This document shows positions 49,421 through 63,401 of a stretch of 64,000 nt of DNA, piece by piece; the first letter of the stretch is position 1, and every line of letters begins with the position of its first letter. Made by a program: the position numbers and the translations under genes. The notes below the pieces were generated by a model, which was not told where the DNA came from, did no database searches, and saw only the letters and a program-made list of their open reading frames with translations. The stretch comes from Balanoglossus misakiensis (lineage: Eukaryota; Animalia; Hemichordata), in NCBI GenBank assembly GCA_040954595.2, contig CM082579.2:11781834-11845833 (forward strand). The letters are read 5' to 3'.

Positions 49421-50017
49421 ACAACAACGATTATAGACAGATAATCGGATTTATAGACATGCAATTGTATTTTACATTATGTGTATTGTATTATATTCAT
49501 ACTTTGGTAATTTACTGTAATTTCAGTTGTAGACCACCCTCTACGGGGGTAGGATTACATACAATTGTGCCTTAGAGGGGGGATCGCAGAATCGATCTGC
49601 CTCTTGCCTATTTCTCCCACAACTCAGCAGACAGCGTTTGGTTTTTCGCTCTAGTTTTTTTCACCCTCCTCCACCCCGTCAACCTCCATTGCTTTGCATA
49701 GGTTGGCTTTGGCGTTTTTGAGGCCCACACCTTTGTGGTCGATTAATGTGTGCTTATTTTCAGTGGTTTACTGTTTTGTAAGTTTTTCCTCGCTAGTGGA
49801 CCTTTGAACTGTGACCCCCTTTGTTCGAGGTTTTTCTGTGTTTTCCTTTTGAGGACACTGGCGAGGAATTTTGAAATGTTTACACATTTTCTCATTCTAT
49901 TAAATGTCAAGGTTACTTGGCCTTTCGCTCCATGTTGTTAGTCTTTAGTGTTTATTAATCTCCCACAAACAGAGCCAAATGACCAGAAGTGGTTGAGTAC
50001 ATCGGCAATGCAGGGAT
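49421..50017. mobile_element. ~600-bp insertion in copies 2 and 3 (56071-56668) but not copy 1; family unassigned
   Basis: Comparison with 43420-43450 shows extra sequence inside an (ATAC)n tract. Confidence 0.5.
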
Positions 50018-50240
50018 ATACATAAATACTATGGGCTATGTAATTAATGGCATGTAGTGTCGCTTCTGGCGTGAGATAATGGCTCTTTCATCAAACCACT
50101 TTTAACGTTTTAGAGAATCAACAAAACTGCACGTGGGTGTCCTGAAGCAAACATGCGAAATACTGAACCAATCTTCGCTTTGAAATCGCGAGGTGCTTGT
50201 AATCAGTATTTGTGCGAACACCTCCACAACCAAAACAACG

Positions 50241-53200
50241 ATGAACTCGGTCGTCCCATTCGGAAACACGGAGGATGGAGTAAAGGTATAGGCAACTCTT
50301 TACAAAGTAATGACCATGTCATAGATTAGTTTGAAATGACGTTGAGGCATTTACATTTTAATTCATACGGGTCGCGTTAGATTGATGTGAAACATGAGTG
50401 TGGAAACTTACAGCCTGCTACAGGTTTAACATAAATTCGTGTTGTACTATGTACACCACATTACAAAAAGTGAGAATTGTTTTTTATGATTTAGAAAGAA
50501 GAAGAAGATGAAGAAAGAAGACGGAAACGAATCTTCTTGTTGGTTATTCTGATGTCAGCCGGCCTAATCGCCGCAACTGCTCTTTTTTCAACTGCCGCTT
50601 TCTTATCGGTAAATTCTGGAACTAAATCTACAAATATCGACACGGGAGAAACACCTGTCAATCTTCCATGCAACGTCGATGCAGGTACGTGTACTGTTAA
50701 TTTATCCGTGCTTTGCTATGATAATATTCGACTCAGAAAAGATTTTTGTTTGGGTGAGAATAGGTCCATTTTATGCGTTTCTTCAACACTATCCTGTGGG
50801 AATGCATGCAGAAGGAGAGTTGTTAAGTGTTGGTTTGTACATTTTGTTGATTTTAATTTGTGGAAACTCCTCACAATGAGTGGTAGTGGATGGATGGATG
50901 GATGGATGGCCTATTTTGCTGTAGAGAGGCTTTATCATAGGGGTGAATTAATGGTGAGTGGTTGAATGGATAGATCAATGGCGAGATGGATGCATGCATG
51001 CATGCATGCATGCATGATAACTATAAATATATTTCTTGACACCAGCCGGTGCGGTGGCCAATCTTGCCGTCATCGCAACCTCCACTTCTATTATAGTGAA
51101 CGACACTTGTACCGAACTTCCAAATACCGAAACAGGGGGAATGTCTGACAACCCGGAAGATGACGTCACTGCAGGTATGGAGGCTGTTAGTTCCTGTGTG
51201 TTGCATGCAGGCGATGTCTTATTAGTCCTTAGTCCTGATCAAAGCTCTTCCATGTCTTCAACTCTCGTCTTGCCCTTGCACACAAAAATTCTATTCCAAT
51301 GCTAACATCACCCAGAATTCCCGTGACGCGCTTTCAATCGTACAACACAATCCTCAGATTCCTCTGTCCTACTTCAGTATGACAATATACCCGCGTCCTT
51401 TGGCGACCCGCCCTAATCCGAACAGCTCTAAACCTCATCAATACCACGCATGTTTTGTTCAGCCCCTATAAACCTGCAAGGGTAGACATGAACAGTAATA
51501 ATAACCTTAAGAGTGTGAGAACAAATGACGTTTTGTTCAGAGCTTTGTCGATAGATTTTTTTCTAACAGTGTAGCGAGTATACAATAGATGCCAGGATTA
51601 ACACGCACAAGTGTAGTTTTCATATTGGATCGGTTATCTTGCATCGCTTGAAGATAAACATTTAACGGTCGGTCTGTTTTTGTACGACACATTTTAGGCC
51701 CTGAGATTAACACCTGTGATGTGAATAACGGAGGCTGCCAACATATTTGTAATCAAGAAAGTCCGTCCCAAGTCAACTGTTCTTGTAATGCGAGTTACGA
51801 GCTCGGAGATGACGGCCAATCATGCCAGTTGATTTGTCAAATATTTCCGGGTGAGAATTAAGGTGGCACTGCATGGAACCGTCGAGACTTTTTCAGAGGC
51901 CTATTTCTCATCAAAGACAAAGTTTAAACCCCCATAAACCATATATATTCTGGAAGCTGAGATTTTGAACTTTTGTTTGAGTTGCAAATATTATTGATCC
52001 CCGGAAATGGTGGTGATTTTGGGTGAAAAAACCCATTTTTTGATATTATGTCATGAAATTTAATATAGGTAAAAAAGTTGACCATACATCATGCATCTTA
52101 ATATGTCATTCGAAACTAAAGTACACATGCAAAAAAACGCTAATTTTGTTTTGCGTTATCTGCTTCCATTGAGGAGTAACAGCGTTTGAAAGTTAGATTT
52201 TCTGAAAATTTGATCAAATTCACGGTGAGTTGTATTGAATCAGAGTTTATTCCTGCCAGGGACACTTTATCGACAAACAAAACTAGCGTTTTGTTGGATG
52301 GGTCATACACAATTCCCTGTCAAAATTTAAGCAAATTCGGCCAATGCAGGGCGAAGCTATTTTAGTCCGAAGTTGTCAAAAGCAGCGAAAATGCAAACCG
52401 AGAAAAACGGCCATTTGCATTGTTGACACCTATTTGTTAAGCTGTGAACTCATTCAGAAAAGTGCTATTTGGGGGTGATTGTGCACCATTTCCGCCAAGA
52501 CGTATTAGTCAGGATGTGGGTGAGTATTAGGCCTACCGATTTATGTAAAAAGTAAAATTTGGCAAAAATCACAACTTTTCATGCAATGCCACCTTAATGT
52601 CAATCATATTTGTAGACACTGTAATACCAAGTTAGTATTAATCTTAGCACATATTTAATAGAATACAAGATTTTTGGTAACTTAGTATGAACACCGCATC
52701 TGAGATTTCCAGAACCACCTCTGATTTTTGGACACAATTTGTTTTAGCAGATCAACAACCGTACACCGCTCTCGTGTACTGTAAGCGATACGTACTGTAC
52801 ACGGAGGCGACGACATGGGAAGTGGCGAAGACGAACTGTCAAAATTCCGGCGGCATTTTCTGGAGCATCAGAAACCGAGTGGCCGAGAAGTGCGTGACCG
52901 ATCTAATCAGAGCGACTCTGGATGAAAGCACCTGGATCGGATTGTTCAACAGCGGCGACAGACCCGAGGTTATTGGGGATTACCAATGGGTGGATGGAGG
53001 AGACTTTTTGGGCCCGTCTAAATATCAACGCTGGTCGGATGGCAATCCGAGCGCCCAACAACAGTACTGTGGACAGCTCTGGTATGAAGCACTGTCATTA
53101 AAGAGGCTATTAACTGTAACTTTTCAGCTTTTTTCTCCCAAAACTAGAAAATTAGCAACATTGTATCTTTGGGGCGGTGTCTGCCATGTTGTGTTAAAAT

Positions 53201-53873
53201 CGTTTATCTTCTTTGACCAATTACGTGGATGACTATCGTTCTTACATGTCTTTACAAAGAACACACACTGATTAAGCTAAAAGTATTGAACTTCAGGAAA
53301 ACCGTCCCATTTATTTCAATGGGGAAATAATGTATCGTGTTCAATTGACATGCGTGCGGAGAGTTTGCGTCGAAATTCTCATGTAATATTTCTGTTTTAG
53401 GAGAAGCAGTAACTACCGTTGGGACAATCTTGAATGTTGGAGCAGACTTGCATATGTATGTCAATACCAAGGTATTGTTTTTTTTACCAGTTTGAGTTTT
53501 GTATGCATGCTTGTATTTTCCTTTCTCTCGATTTGACCAGCATGCGGCACAACATTCACAAAAAGCGCACAGAATTTCTCCCTCTTGTTTAATCCCTTCA
53601 GTCCCAGATCCCTCTTTAGAAGCCTAACCATGCATAGAAAACAATTGGTTTGGACTGAACCATTGTGGTGAAAGGACTGACATGTATTGCAATGATCTAT
53701 GTTTACGTATGTCAGTGAATGTCAAGTACACACTGTCGAGTGAACGATTTAACAGGCGCCTGGAACTGACGAATCTCATAAACACGTGGGAATGCGGATT
53801 TGTCCCACAACCGTCTCAATTCCTTGTAAAATTAAAAGCGGTGTCAAATGTACAATGTCTGATAAAGAAATAA
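50241..53873 (+). CDS. Type II membrane EGF/C-type lectin protein, copy 2; exons 50241-50285, 50495-50684, 51046-51174, 51698-51850, 52751-53081, 53756-53873
   Basis: All splice sites canonical and phases compatible; CTLD has an intact WIGL motif. Confidence 0.82.
51862..52593. mobile_element. Kolobok-like MITE in an intron of copy 2
   Basis: TTAA TSD at 51858-51861 and 52594-52597; TIR ggtggcactgcatg / catgcaatgccacc. Empty site at 45297-45300. Confidence 0.88.
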
Positions 53874-56800
53874 ATTCCTTAACGGCCTAGTCAGAGTTTG
53901 AATTGGACAAATACAAACACCACATCAGCTTGTGCCTCAAAATCAACACATTCATGTCAGCATTACAACTTCTGGTGACAAAAACCTGTTAATTTTTGTA
54001 TTACAAGTACTACTATTACAATTTTGGGGTCTGCAGAATTAAAAACAATGACATGTTGATTATTATAGAGTTGTATGAATGTAGAAAAACAGTTATAACG
54101 GTCACCTGAAAAGCACTATGATAAAATGTAACAACGAATTCCTTCTCTTTTGTCATCTGTTCATTTATTTCTTCTTTCCTATACAGATTGTTTCAACAAT
54201 TAATCCTGTGTGTGGGAGACAACGCCAGGAACTTCCTTGTGACGTACACAAAAACTCATGTGTTTGGAAAAGTTTTATTGTCTTAAAATTATCATATTTT
54301 GTACAAGTTTCACAACTTTCCAATGAAAGGTCATCATATAGTAACCAGACGTTTTCATTAACTATAAAATCATATTATTACAACGTGCTGTCAATGGACA
54401 TTCTTAGTCATGGTATCCTGATAGTGACAGCACATGATAAAAAGCTGAAGGGGGGGGGGTAATATTTCATTAAATTTTGAATTGGGGAGTGCACCCCTTC
54501 TGGCTTAAACTCTACCTAATTCAAAACCAAAAACTTACTAACCGGATTCTAAATAACTGTGACATACCAGATCATGCAAATATGGGACAATCATACATAA
54601 AAAGTGGGACATATACCCGTTTAGTTCTTCTGTGCAAGTCCCCTCAATTTGAAATGATTCTATTACTCCTTGAGTTTTAAATTCATGTTTAGATATATGA
54701 ATATGTGCACATGGTAAGAGCATGTTCAGAAAATACAATACGTGCTCCAAGAAAGAATGATTTGTCTACAATTGGACTGTGTAATTTTGCCACCAAGTCC
54801 GTATGTCTCTCCGTGATTAAACAACTTCTTCCACATGTCACTGAAATCATGTATCAAGCCTTTGACGAAAGACTTTGCCCCCTTTTATGCAAAAACCAAA
54901 CAGAGTATCTACTTGGACCTAAAAGCTTCCCTAGCTTTGTCTATTTGTTCTATTGTTGGTATACCCTCGGGAGGATCTAGCAGCGATATCTCTTTTTTCA
55001 GTACACTCTCCGCCTCATCTGAAATACAGGGGGAAATTGTATTTTGGTTTTTGAATTTGCAGCTAAGATGCCAATGTTCCTCGACCAGAACAAAACTGGA
55101 GCTTTGTAACTACAGCACATGTACATGTATATGAGAAACCAACTTCTGCAACTGCACTACAACATAGCTGCACACTAAGTTTTGATATGTTATCTAATAA
55201 AACTGTACTTGACTGAATCTCGTCATCTGTTTTTCTCTTTTGTTTTCTTCATCACACACACTAACATCTATTGCTGTTCGTACTGTATGACAGCTTACCT
55301 TTCACCCTTACTAGCTTGGTTCCATACGCCAAGTCATATTGATAACCAAGTATGAAGGTCAAAGGCACTAGCGGGGCAATGAAGCCAGCAGTTTTAGTCT
55401 TTAAAGCCCTAGTGGAACAAACAAAAAACCTCTGTAAGGATATTCAAATGAACTAATTTTATTTGAAAGTAAATTATGAAAATAATACTACAAGGTGCCC
55501 GCTCATGAACCTTGAATTCTCAGTGTCCCAGCTGTGCACGGAACAGCAAAGGGACATTGAGCCAACCCCTGTATAATCCTTCGCTGGCTTCACATATTGT
55601 TTATTCCATGCCCTTAATGGTAATACAGCTGAAAAGGGGAGGCAGTGAATTTGAAAGCCAACAAAGTGCTTTTGCTTGTTGTGTGTGACACCCCCTGTGG
55701 CATTTCACACAATCTCTGGCAAACTCAAATTAAGTCGGGTGAGATTGCTTGACTGTCATGTCCAAGACTTTCGCTGCATGGTCTTCGCACATTGGTGTAC
55801 AGTGCCCATACGTTATGTTACAGAGAATGTTATTGGTCCGGCGTCATGACTGACAAGAATTTTGTACCAAAAGAAACAAATGGATGAAAGTCTGGTTTAG
55901 AATTATCAGTCAAATAAATTATTTTGTATCCGTGAGTCCAGTGACTCAAGAAACAACGTTGTAGAGATTACACCGCCTATCGTTTCTCCAGCTACCCTTA
56001 CTTTATATTATATTTAGTATCGAGCACTTTGTATCGGACCAGTCGAACCGCATACTTCGTATACATACATACAACAACGATTATAGACAGATAATCGGAT
56101 TTATAGACATGCAATTGTATTTTACTTTATATGTATTGTATTATATTCATACTTTGGTAATTTACTGTAATTTCAGTTGTAGACCACCCTCTACGGGGGT
56201 AGGATTACATACAATTGTGCCTTAGAGGGGGGATCGCAGAATCGATCTGCCCCTTGCCTATTTCTCCCACAACTCAGCAGACAGCGTTTGGTTTTTCGCT
56301 CTAGTTTTTTTCACCCTCCCCCACCCCGTCAACCTCCATTGCTTTGCACACGTTGGCTTTGGCGTTTTTGAGGACCACGCCTTTGTGGTCGATTAATGTG
56401 TGCTTATTTTCAGTGGTTTACTGTTTTGTAAGTTTTTCCTCGCCAGTGGACCTTTGAACTGTGACCCCCTTTGTTCGAGGTTTTTCTGTGTTTTCCTTTT
56501 GAGGACACTGGCGAGGAATTTTGAAATGTTTACACATTTTCACATTCTATTAAATGTCAAGGTTACTTAGCCTTTCGCTCCATGTTGTTAGTCTTTATAG
56601 TGTTTATTAATCTCCCACAAACAGAGCCAAATGACCAGAAGTGGTTGAGTACATCGGCAATGCAGGGATATACATAAATACTATGGGCTATGTAATTAAT
56701 GGCATGTAGTGTCGCTTCTGGCGTGAGATAATGGCTCTTTCATCAAACCACTTTTAACGTTTTAGAGAATCAACAAAACTGCACGTGGGTGTCCTGAAGC

Positions 56801-57385
56801 AAACATGCGAAATACTGAACCAATCTTCGCTTTGAAATCGCGAGGTGCTTGTAATCAGTATTTGTGCGAACACCTCCACAACCAAAACAACGATGAACTC
56901 GGTCGTCCCATTCGGAAACACGGAGGATGGAGTAAAGGTATAGGCAACTCTTTACAAAGTAATGACCATGTCATAGATTAGTTTGAAATGACGTTCAGGC
57001 ATTTACATTTTAATTCATACGGGTCGCGTTAGATTGATGTGATACATGAGTGTGGAAACTTACAGCCTGCAACAGGTTTAACATAAATTCGTGTTGTACT
57101 ACTTACACCGCATTACAAAAAGTGAGAATATGTTTTTTATAATTTAGAAAAAAGAAGAAGAAGAAGAAGATTTTTTCAAGCACAATTTAATATAACTTTA
57201 CCAAATTATAAAGCTATAAAAATATATGTACAGTTACAGTTGAAAGTAAATCAACAGAAATAAAGTCTATACATATACATAGTGAAAAAATGTTCATTGT
57301 CTAGTGCTTGCCATATGTTAGGTTAAAAGCCCTTTTTCTAAAAAATAACATAACAGTCTGATATACAAGTCTGATTATACAAATT

Positions 57386-60300
57386 CTATATACAGAAAAT
57401 GAGTTCATTATCTCTTACAGTACACAAGGCTGAGTTCATTGCCCAAAACGTTTCAAAGTAGGTCAAATTACTAGTGAAATTGCAGTACTGATACTCAACC
57501 ATTAAGCGCGACTTCACACGCTTCCTAAACAAATCAAATATATCGCAACTGGACTTATTTTTAATCTTGTTAAAGTGGGAAATGTGAATAACTAACTTGG
57601 TAGTTATGAAAATAAAGTTTGCAAGGCGCATAGCTGATTTTTTGCCCTTACTGTATGGAGGGCCAATAATGTACCAATTCTGAGGAATGGTGTCTAGGCC
57701 ACAGATTTTCTCAACAATGCCACGAATAAAAATAAGAAAGTTATGCAACCGCTGGCAATCAACGAACATATGCCTAATGGTGTCAATATGATTACTACAA
57801 AACGGGCAATTCGCGTTGTCTATATAACCAGCCGAATGCAAATAGACACCTGTAGAAATAGCACCGTGGAGGAAACGCCACTGTATGTCACCCTCTTTTT
57901 TGTATATAGGTCTATCATAAATTATGCCATAGTTGGGCTTCACAGTAGCTGGATTACACAACAATTCAGTCGGGAATTTTGAAGAACCCTCGCTAGTCTC
58001 ATAAAGATTATCAATAAGAAAGGTGTAAATAGCACCTTTTTCAAGTTTGTAAAGACAAGTCTGAATATCATCGCTTTTTTCAGCAAGTGAAGTGCTGAGG
58101 GTATAGTGATACAATGGATTGTTCAGTGCCTCCTGAATAATGGGACTACAAGTACTAATATCAAAAAAGTTGCTAATTATGGTACCAAAACCAAAATCTT
58201 TAAATAAATGCAGTTTAGAGGCAATAATACGTTGGGAACGAATAGAAAGCGCACACTCAAGTTCATGAATAGTTTTCCACTTGCGATCATTTAAATTTAT
58301 AAGGTCAACAACCTTTGTCAGACCCCCACTTGCAAACTGATCAATGGGAAAATAATGACCCGTGCTCGGGTTAATTATTAACTTGTTCAAAAACAGCGGC
58401 TCATTTAAAACACCTTCAATGGTATAGGGTTTTCCATCACGTCTAATAACCAAGGATCTCGAATTAATCACCCTCCACACATCATGATAGAAGTTTGGCA
58501 TAAAAGTATTAACTCTCAAATCTTTTAAACCGACACAAAAAAGTTGTTTGTCATAATGTAGATCTTCGATATTGCCAAGATAATAGTCAAAGAAAAAATA
58601 ACAAGGATGTTTCTCATTCCCATATAAATATCGTTGAAGGTGCTGTAACCTAAAAACATTTAAGCGAGACTGGAGATGAATAAGACCCTGCCCACCCTTT
58701 TTAACGGGTAAATACACAGTGTCCCTAGCAACCCAATGACGACCTTGCCACAAAAAGTTAAGAAATTTCTGCTGAAGAGCATCAATAAGATCTTTAGGAA
58801 GTGAAATAACTGCTAAACGATGAAGAATCTTTGTAGCGGCCAACTGATTAATGACCAAAACACGGCCTTGATACGATAACGCAGTTGCAAACCGCTTCCA
58901 CTCATTCAGTTTAGCATCAATCATCCGACTCATGTCCTCACAATTCTTAACAGCATAGGCAGCCTCGTTCCCGATAAAAACACCTAACAATTTTAACCCA
59001 CTGGAAGACCATTTGATATTTAAAGGAGAGTCATCCCGCCCTTTCCATCCACCACACCACAAGCCCTTAGATTTAAAATAATTAATCCTCGCATTAGAAG
59101 CTCTTTCATAAATGTTAATCCAATGCTGTAAATTCATAAAGTCGTCATCATGACTCATCAGAAAGCTAATATCGTCTGCATACGCCGATAAGTGACACCG
59201 CTTCCTATTGGAGTTTGGAAGTTCAAAACCACGCATGTTACTCTGAGTACGAACTTTATGTAGAAAAGGCTCTATGCAGATTGAGTACAACTGGCCCGAC
59301 AAAGAGCACCCCTGCCGGATACCGCGATTAAAAGAGATTGGTGCAGTAAGCCCATTATTCAAAACCAAAAAGCCTGCAAAGTCTTAATCAAGTAACTGTG
59401 ATGGACCCGGTCGAAAGCCTTTTCCTGATCCAACGACAAAATACCAAGCGTCCTATTCTGATCATTAGCATACTGAACAACATCACGAATAAGGGTGATA
59501 TTATCAGAAATACGCCTTCCAGGGACACAGTAACTTTGATCAATATCAATAATATCTGATAAAACAGTCCGAAGACGAATTGACAAAGCTTTCGTTAAAA
59601 TTTTGTAGTCCGAACATAGGACAGAGACAGGACGCCAGTTTTTCAATAAGCTACTGTCACCCGTTTTAGGGATTAAAGTTAAAATAGCTCTTCTACAAGA
59701 TAAAGGAAGAGTACCATCCTGAACCGCAGCAGTGAAAACTTCAAAACAATCTTTGCCAAGAGTGGACCAAATTTTTTTATAAAACTCTGCCGGGAGACCA
59801 TCAATACCCGGGGAAGCATTATTATTGAGAAGCTTCAGCGATTGCGTAATTTCCTCAAAAGAAAGAGGCAAATCAAGAGCACGCACATTTTCCTCATTAA
59901 GAGTCGGCAAATCTTTTAAAAGAACATCTTGAGCTTCAATCGAAACAGCATCTGGAGAGTAAAGATCAGAGAAGAAATCTCTCGCTAATTGACGAATTTG
60001 AGACGGGTTTTCTGTGAGCTCACCATTCATCATACGCAAATGAGTCATGAATTTTTTTCACACCTTTGTGGCGTTCCAGATCATAAAAGAATGACGTAGA
60101 ACTGTCACTTTCATTCAGCTGTTTGAACCTTGACCTAACAACAGCGCCTTGCACCTGCGAATGAATAATCTTGTCCAATAGATTTCTCTTTTCAACAAAA
60201 GTGGCCAACACTTCACAGCCTCTCCCGTGAATACTTTCAATGTTACGTAATTCACACTCCAGGTCGCGTTTCAGATTCAGTTTCCTCCATTTTCTTTCAG

Positions 60301-61206
60301 TACAATACTGCTGGGTCAGAAATTTAATCTTTTGTTTCCCTATATCCCACCACACTTGAATAGTACTATAAAGTGTTTTACGCAATTTCCAATTCGCCCA
60401 AAAATCAGCAATGAGCTCGCAATAAACTTCATCTGATAACAATTCAGTGTTTAAACACCAAACTGCACTGCGTGGTTTAAAATTAGATTGTGAAATGCCC
60501 AAATTGACAACATCATGGTCAGACTTGAACCCAGGAACAATAGAAACAGACTGAATTTTACTGCACAGATGTTTAGGTATGTAAAAGCGATCAAGTCTTG
60601 CCGCACTACTCTGTCTTTTCCAGGTAAAGTTCAAAGTGTCTTGACCGTGAAAATGTCTCCAGGCATCACACAATTTAAAACGATGAATGATATTAGAAAG
60701 TAAATCAGAAGAGTTATGATCAGGTTCTTTGCCATTCAATCTATCTTTACCCGGATTAATGGTACAATTAAAATCCCCCCTATAATAACAATGTCATCAT
60801 TTTGCAAGTCATTCAAGAGCTTTTTCAGCTCACGAAAATTATTAAGCCGTTCACTATGATCCACAGAAGCATACATATTAATAAAGTTGTAAGTAAAATC
60901 CTTGATTGTCGAATTGATATGAAGAAGTCTACCCGGAATTACCGAGCGAGAACTCACAATATCAACTTTTAAACCAGGTGAAAATAATATTGCAACACCA
61001 CTGCTATTTGAAGAGAGGTGAGAAAATTCACCATGACCCCTCCAAATCAGTCTCCAGAGGTCTTCATCAAAAGGTACAGAATGAGTCTCTTGAAGAAAAA
61101 ATACATCCGAACGTTGAAATTTTTTCAAAAACTCAAAAGTTTGATAGCGTTTCATCGCATCTTTACACCCTCGTACATTAAAAGTTGAAAGTGTAAGACA
61201 GACCAT
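57386..61206 (-). pseudogene. Tx1 ORF2 (endonuclease, RT, C-terminal zinc finger), three frameshifts
   Basis: FNVRG, LQETH, RLDRFY, SDH, PGIDGLP, NWRPVS, DQEKAFD, RQGCSLS, AYADD, CPFC..HMFVDC. Confidence 0.9.
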
Positions 61207-61244
61207 TATCAATAAATAAAAGTAATATCTAATGAAATCCATGA

Positions 61245-63401
61245 CTAATGGTTATGTTTAAAGCCTCAGTATTTCTCGTAGGGGCAAAATTTTGTTTGAA
61301 ACGGCATCTATAATTTCTAAAAGTAGATGATAATTGATACTGAATCGAACAGTCATCATCCCCAGCTCTGCTCATAAACTCATACAATTTACAATATAAC
61401 GAGTGAAGAATGACTTTCTGTCCGGACAGAAAGTCACGTGAGTCAGGCTCCTGTTGACACACGTGACTAGTGCGCATGCGCACTCCAATGTGAATCTATG
61501 CGGAAGAGGTTTGGTCGCCCCAAATCAAGCGACTCAGCGAAGAAATGCGCACTTATTCGGCGAAATTTTGGGAAGATAACTTTATGGGAGAAATCAGTCG
61601 ATGGAACCAGATCAAATCCGAAAATGGTCTGACCATCAAATGTCAAAGTGGCACGTTTGCTGATCGACATGTACAACATTTCCGTTGTAAACAAACCCGC
61701 GCATCATTTCAAGTGTTACGGGCAATATTTACAGCTTGCATGTAGCTACAGTTGCCCAAACCTTTCTTCTATCTTCATTATGTAGTATTCCATGATGAAT
61801 GTACAGGAAAAACGGGCATTTTTCGATGATGAAAAATGGATACACACGAGAAATACTGGGGCTTTAACGTACATTCTTATCTTTTTAACTAGTTTTCCTA
61901 CACGGGTTTTCTGTTTACTAGAAAGAACACCAGCTTTCAGTACGTGAGAAAGAGACTTCATTAACAGCATTAAATCTGAACAATATTCTTGTGATTGCTC
62001 AATAGGTTTTTTAGAATACTTAATATCTTCTATGAAATCAAGTAAGGATTTCTGTGACAAACAAACAGACGATTTATCAGACAATTCACTCATGGTTGAC
62101 AAATCAGATAACTAAGAACTGCGTGAAACAGTATCATCGTCGTCCATGGTCTCACTATCATTTGATAAAACACCAAAAGCATTATGAACTGGAATACCTG
62201 AAGGAGGGGGAAAAGAAGATGGCTGAGAACAAACCAGGCTTTCTTGGCTGCTGCCTGTTTTATGTAATACAATAGCTGCTGCGTTAGAACAACATGGGGA
62301 CTCCTCAGGAATGGAATGTATTTCCGAGGAGGGAACACTGTCAACAGAGGAAACATTCTGAACATCATGAGTTGAAGGAGGGGGTCCGTACCCTCTCCTC
62401 ATCAGAAACACCAATAATGTCACTCACATTAGACGTTAATGGAGACTGTTCTTGATTTTCTTCCATTTCACACCGTTTCTTCTCTGAATGCGACTCTGTC
62501 AAGTCGTCAGCAGGGCTCGGCGATCTGTCACGCTTGTTCATCCGTGGTGACGATGTCTCATCCTGTATTTGTTCAAAATCCATTGCATCTGGCGTATCAT
62601 GATCGATGACACTGAAAGACTGTAATTCCGTATTTGTAGCATCAGGTTGGCTGGGTTGTGTATTTCCTTTAACATATTGACTGGAATGTACCGGTAAAGA
62701 ATCGCTGGTGTTTTCAATTGAAGTGGTATTTTTCTCAGTATTTTGTTCCTGTTGGTGATCCGTATGTGTATTAACGTCCTCAATGTTGAGTCCTGTGGTC
62801 TCCTTTTCGCTGACAAGAACAGGGCAGTCTTTCCGGAAATGTCCGACCTCTTTACAGTGGAAGCACTTAACGTTCTCCGTTGACACGTACACAGGATAAA
62901 AATGTCCGTCACAAAGAATATTCAAAACGCCATCAATATCGGTTTGTTGTTTAAGCACCACAAACACCTGTCGTCGGAATGACTTGACATGTCTGAGTTC
63001 GGCCTTTTTGCAACCCAGCGGAATATACCGGAAACTCTGCGTAATAACCTTTCCATATAACTCCAAACGTTCAGCAAGCAAATCGTTGGGTATAAATGGT
63101 GGCACATTCGAAAGGATTACCTTTGTCGCTGGTTTCACCATCGGTTGGGGCTGTATAAAATCTTCGCCAATCGTTAGTCCTGAGGCGCAAACCATTTCAA
63201 CCGATTGCATATTTTTCAAAAACACGACCACAGATCTATTCATTCTGGAGGCAGCCTAACCTCAACCAATTCCGCAATCTTCTCCACATATGCATCCACA
63301 CTTATCCCCTCAAGACTCTCAATCTTCAACGCGTTTTTCATACACAGCCTTGTCAGGGTAACGTCGTTGCCGTACTGAGCCCAAGCCCGTCCGGCCGCCA
63401 T
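61245..63401 (-). pseudogene. Tx1 ORF1 (gag-like, CCHC knuckle), frameshifted, with a MITE near its 3' end
   Basis: RMNRSVVVFL, LSNVPPFIPN, HVKSFRRQV, CFHCKEVGHFRKDC. Removing the MITE restores the ending ..MYVKHNH*. Confidence 0.85.
61262..61863. mobile_element. Kolobok-like MITE nested in Tx1 ORF1
   Basis: TTAA TSD at 61258-61261 and 61864-61867; TIR agcctcagtatttctcgt / acgagaaatactggggct. Confidence 0.85.
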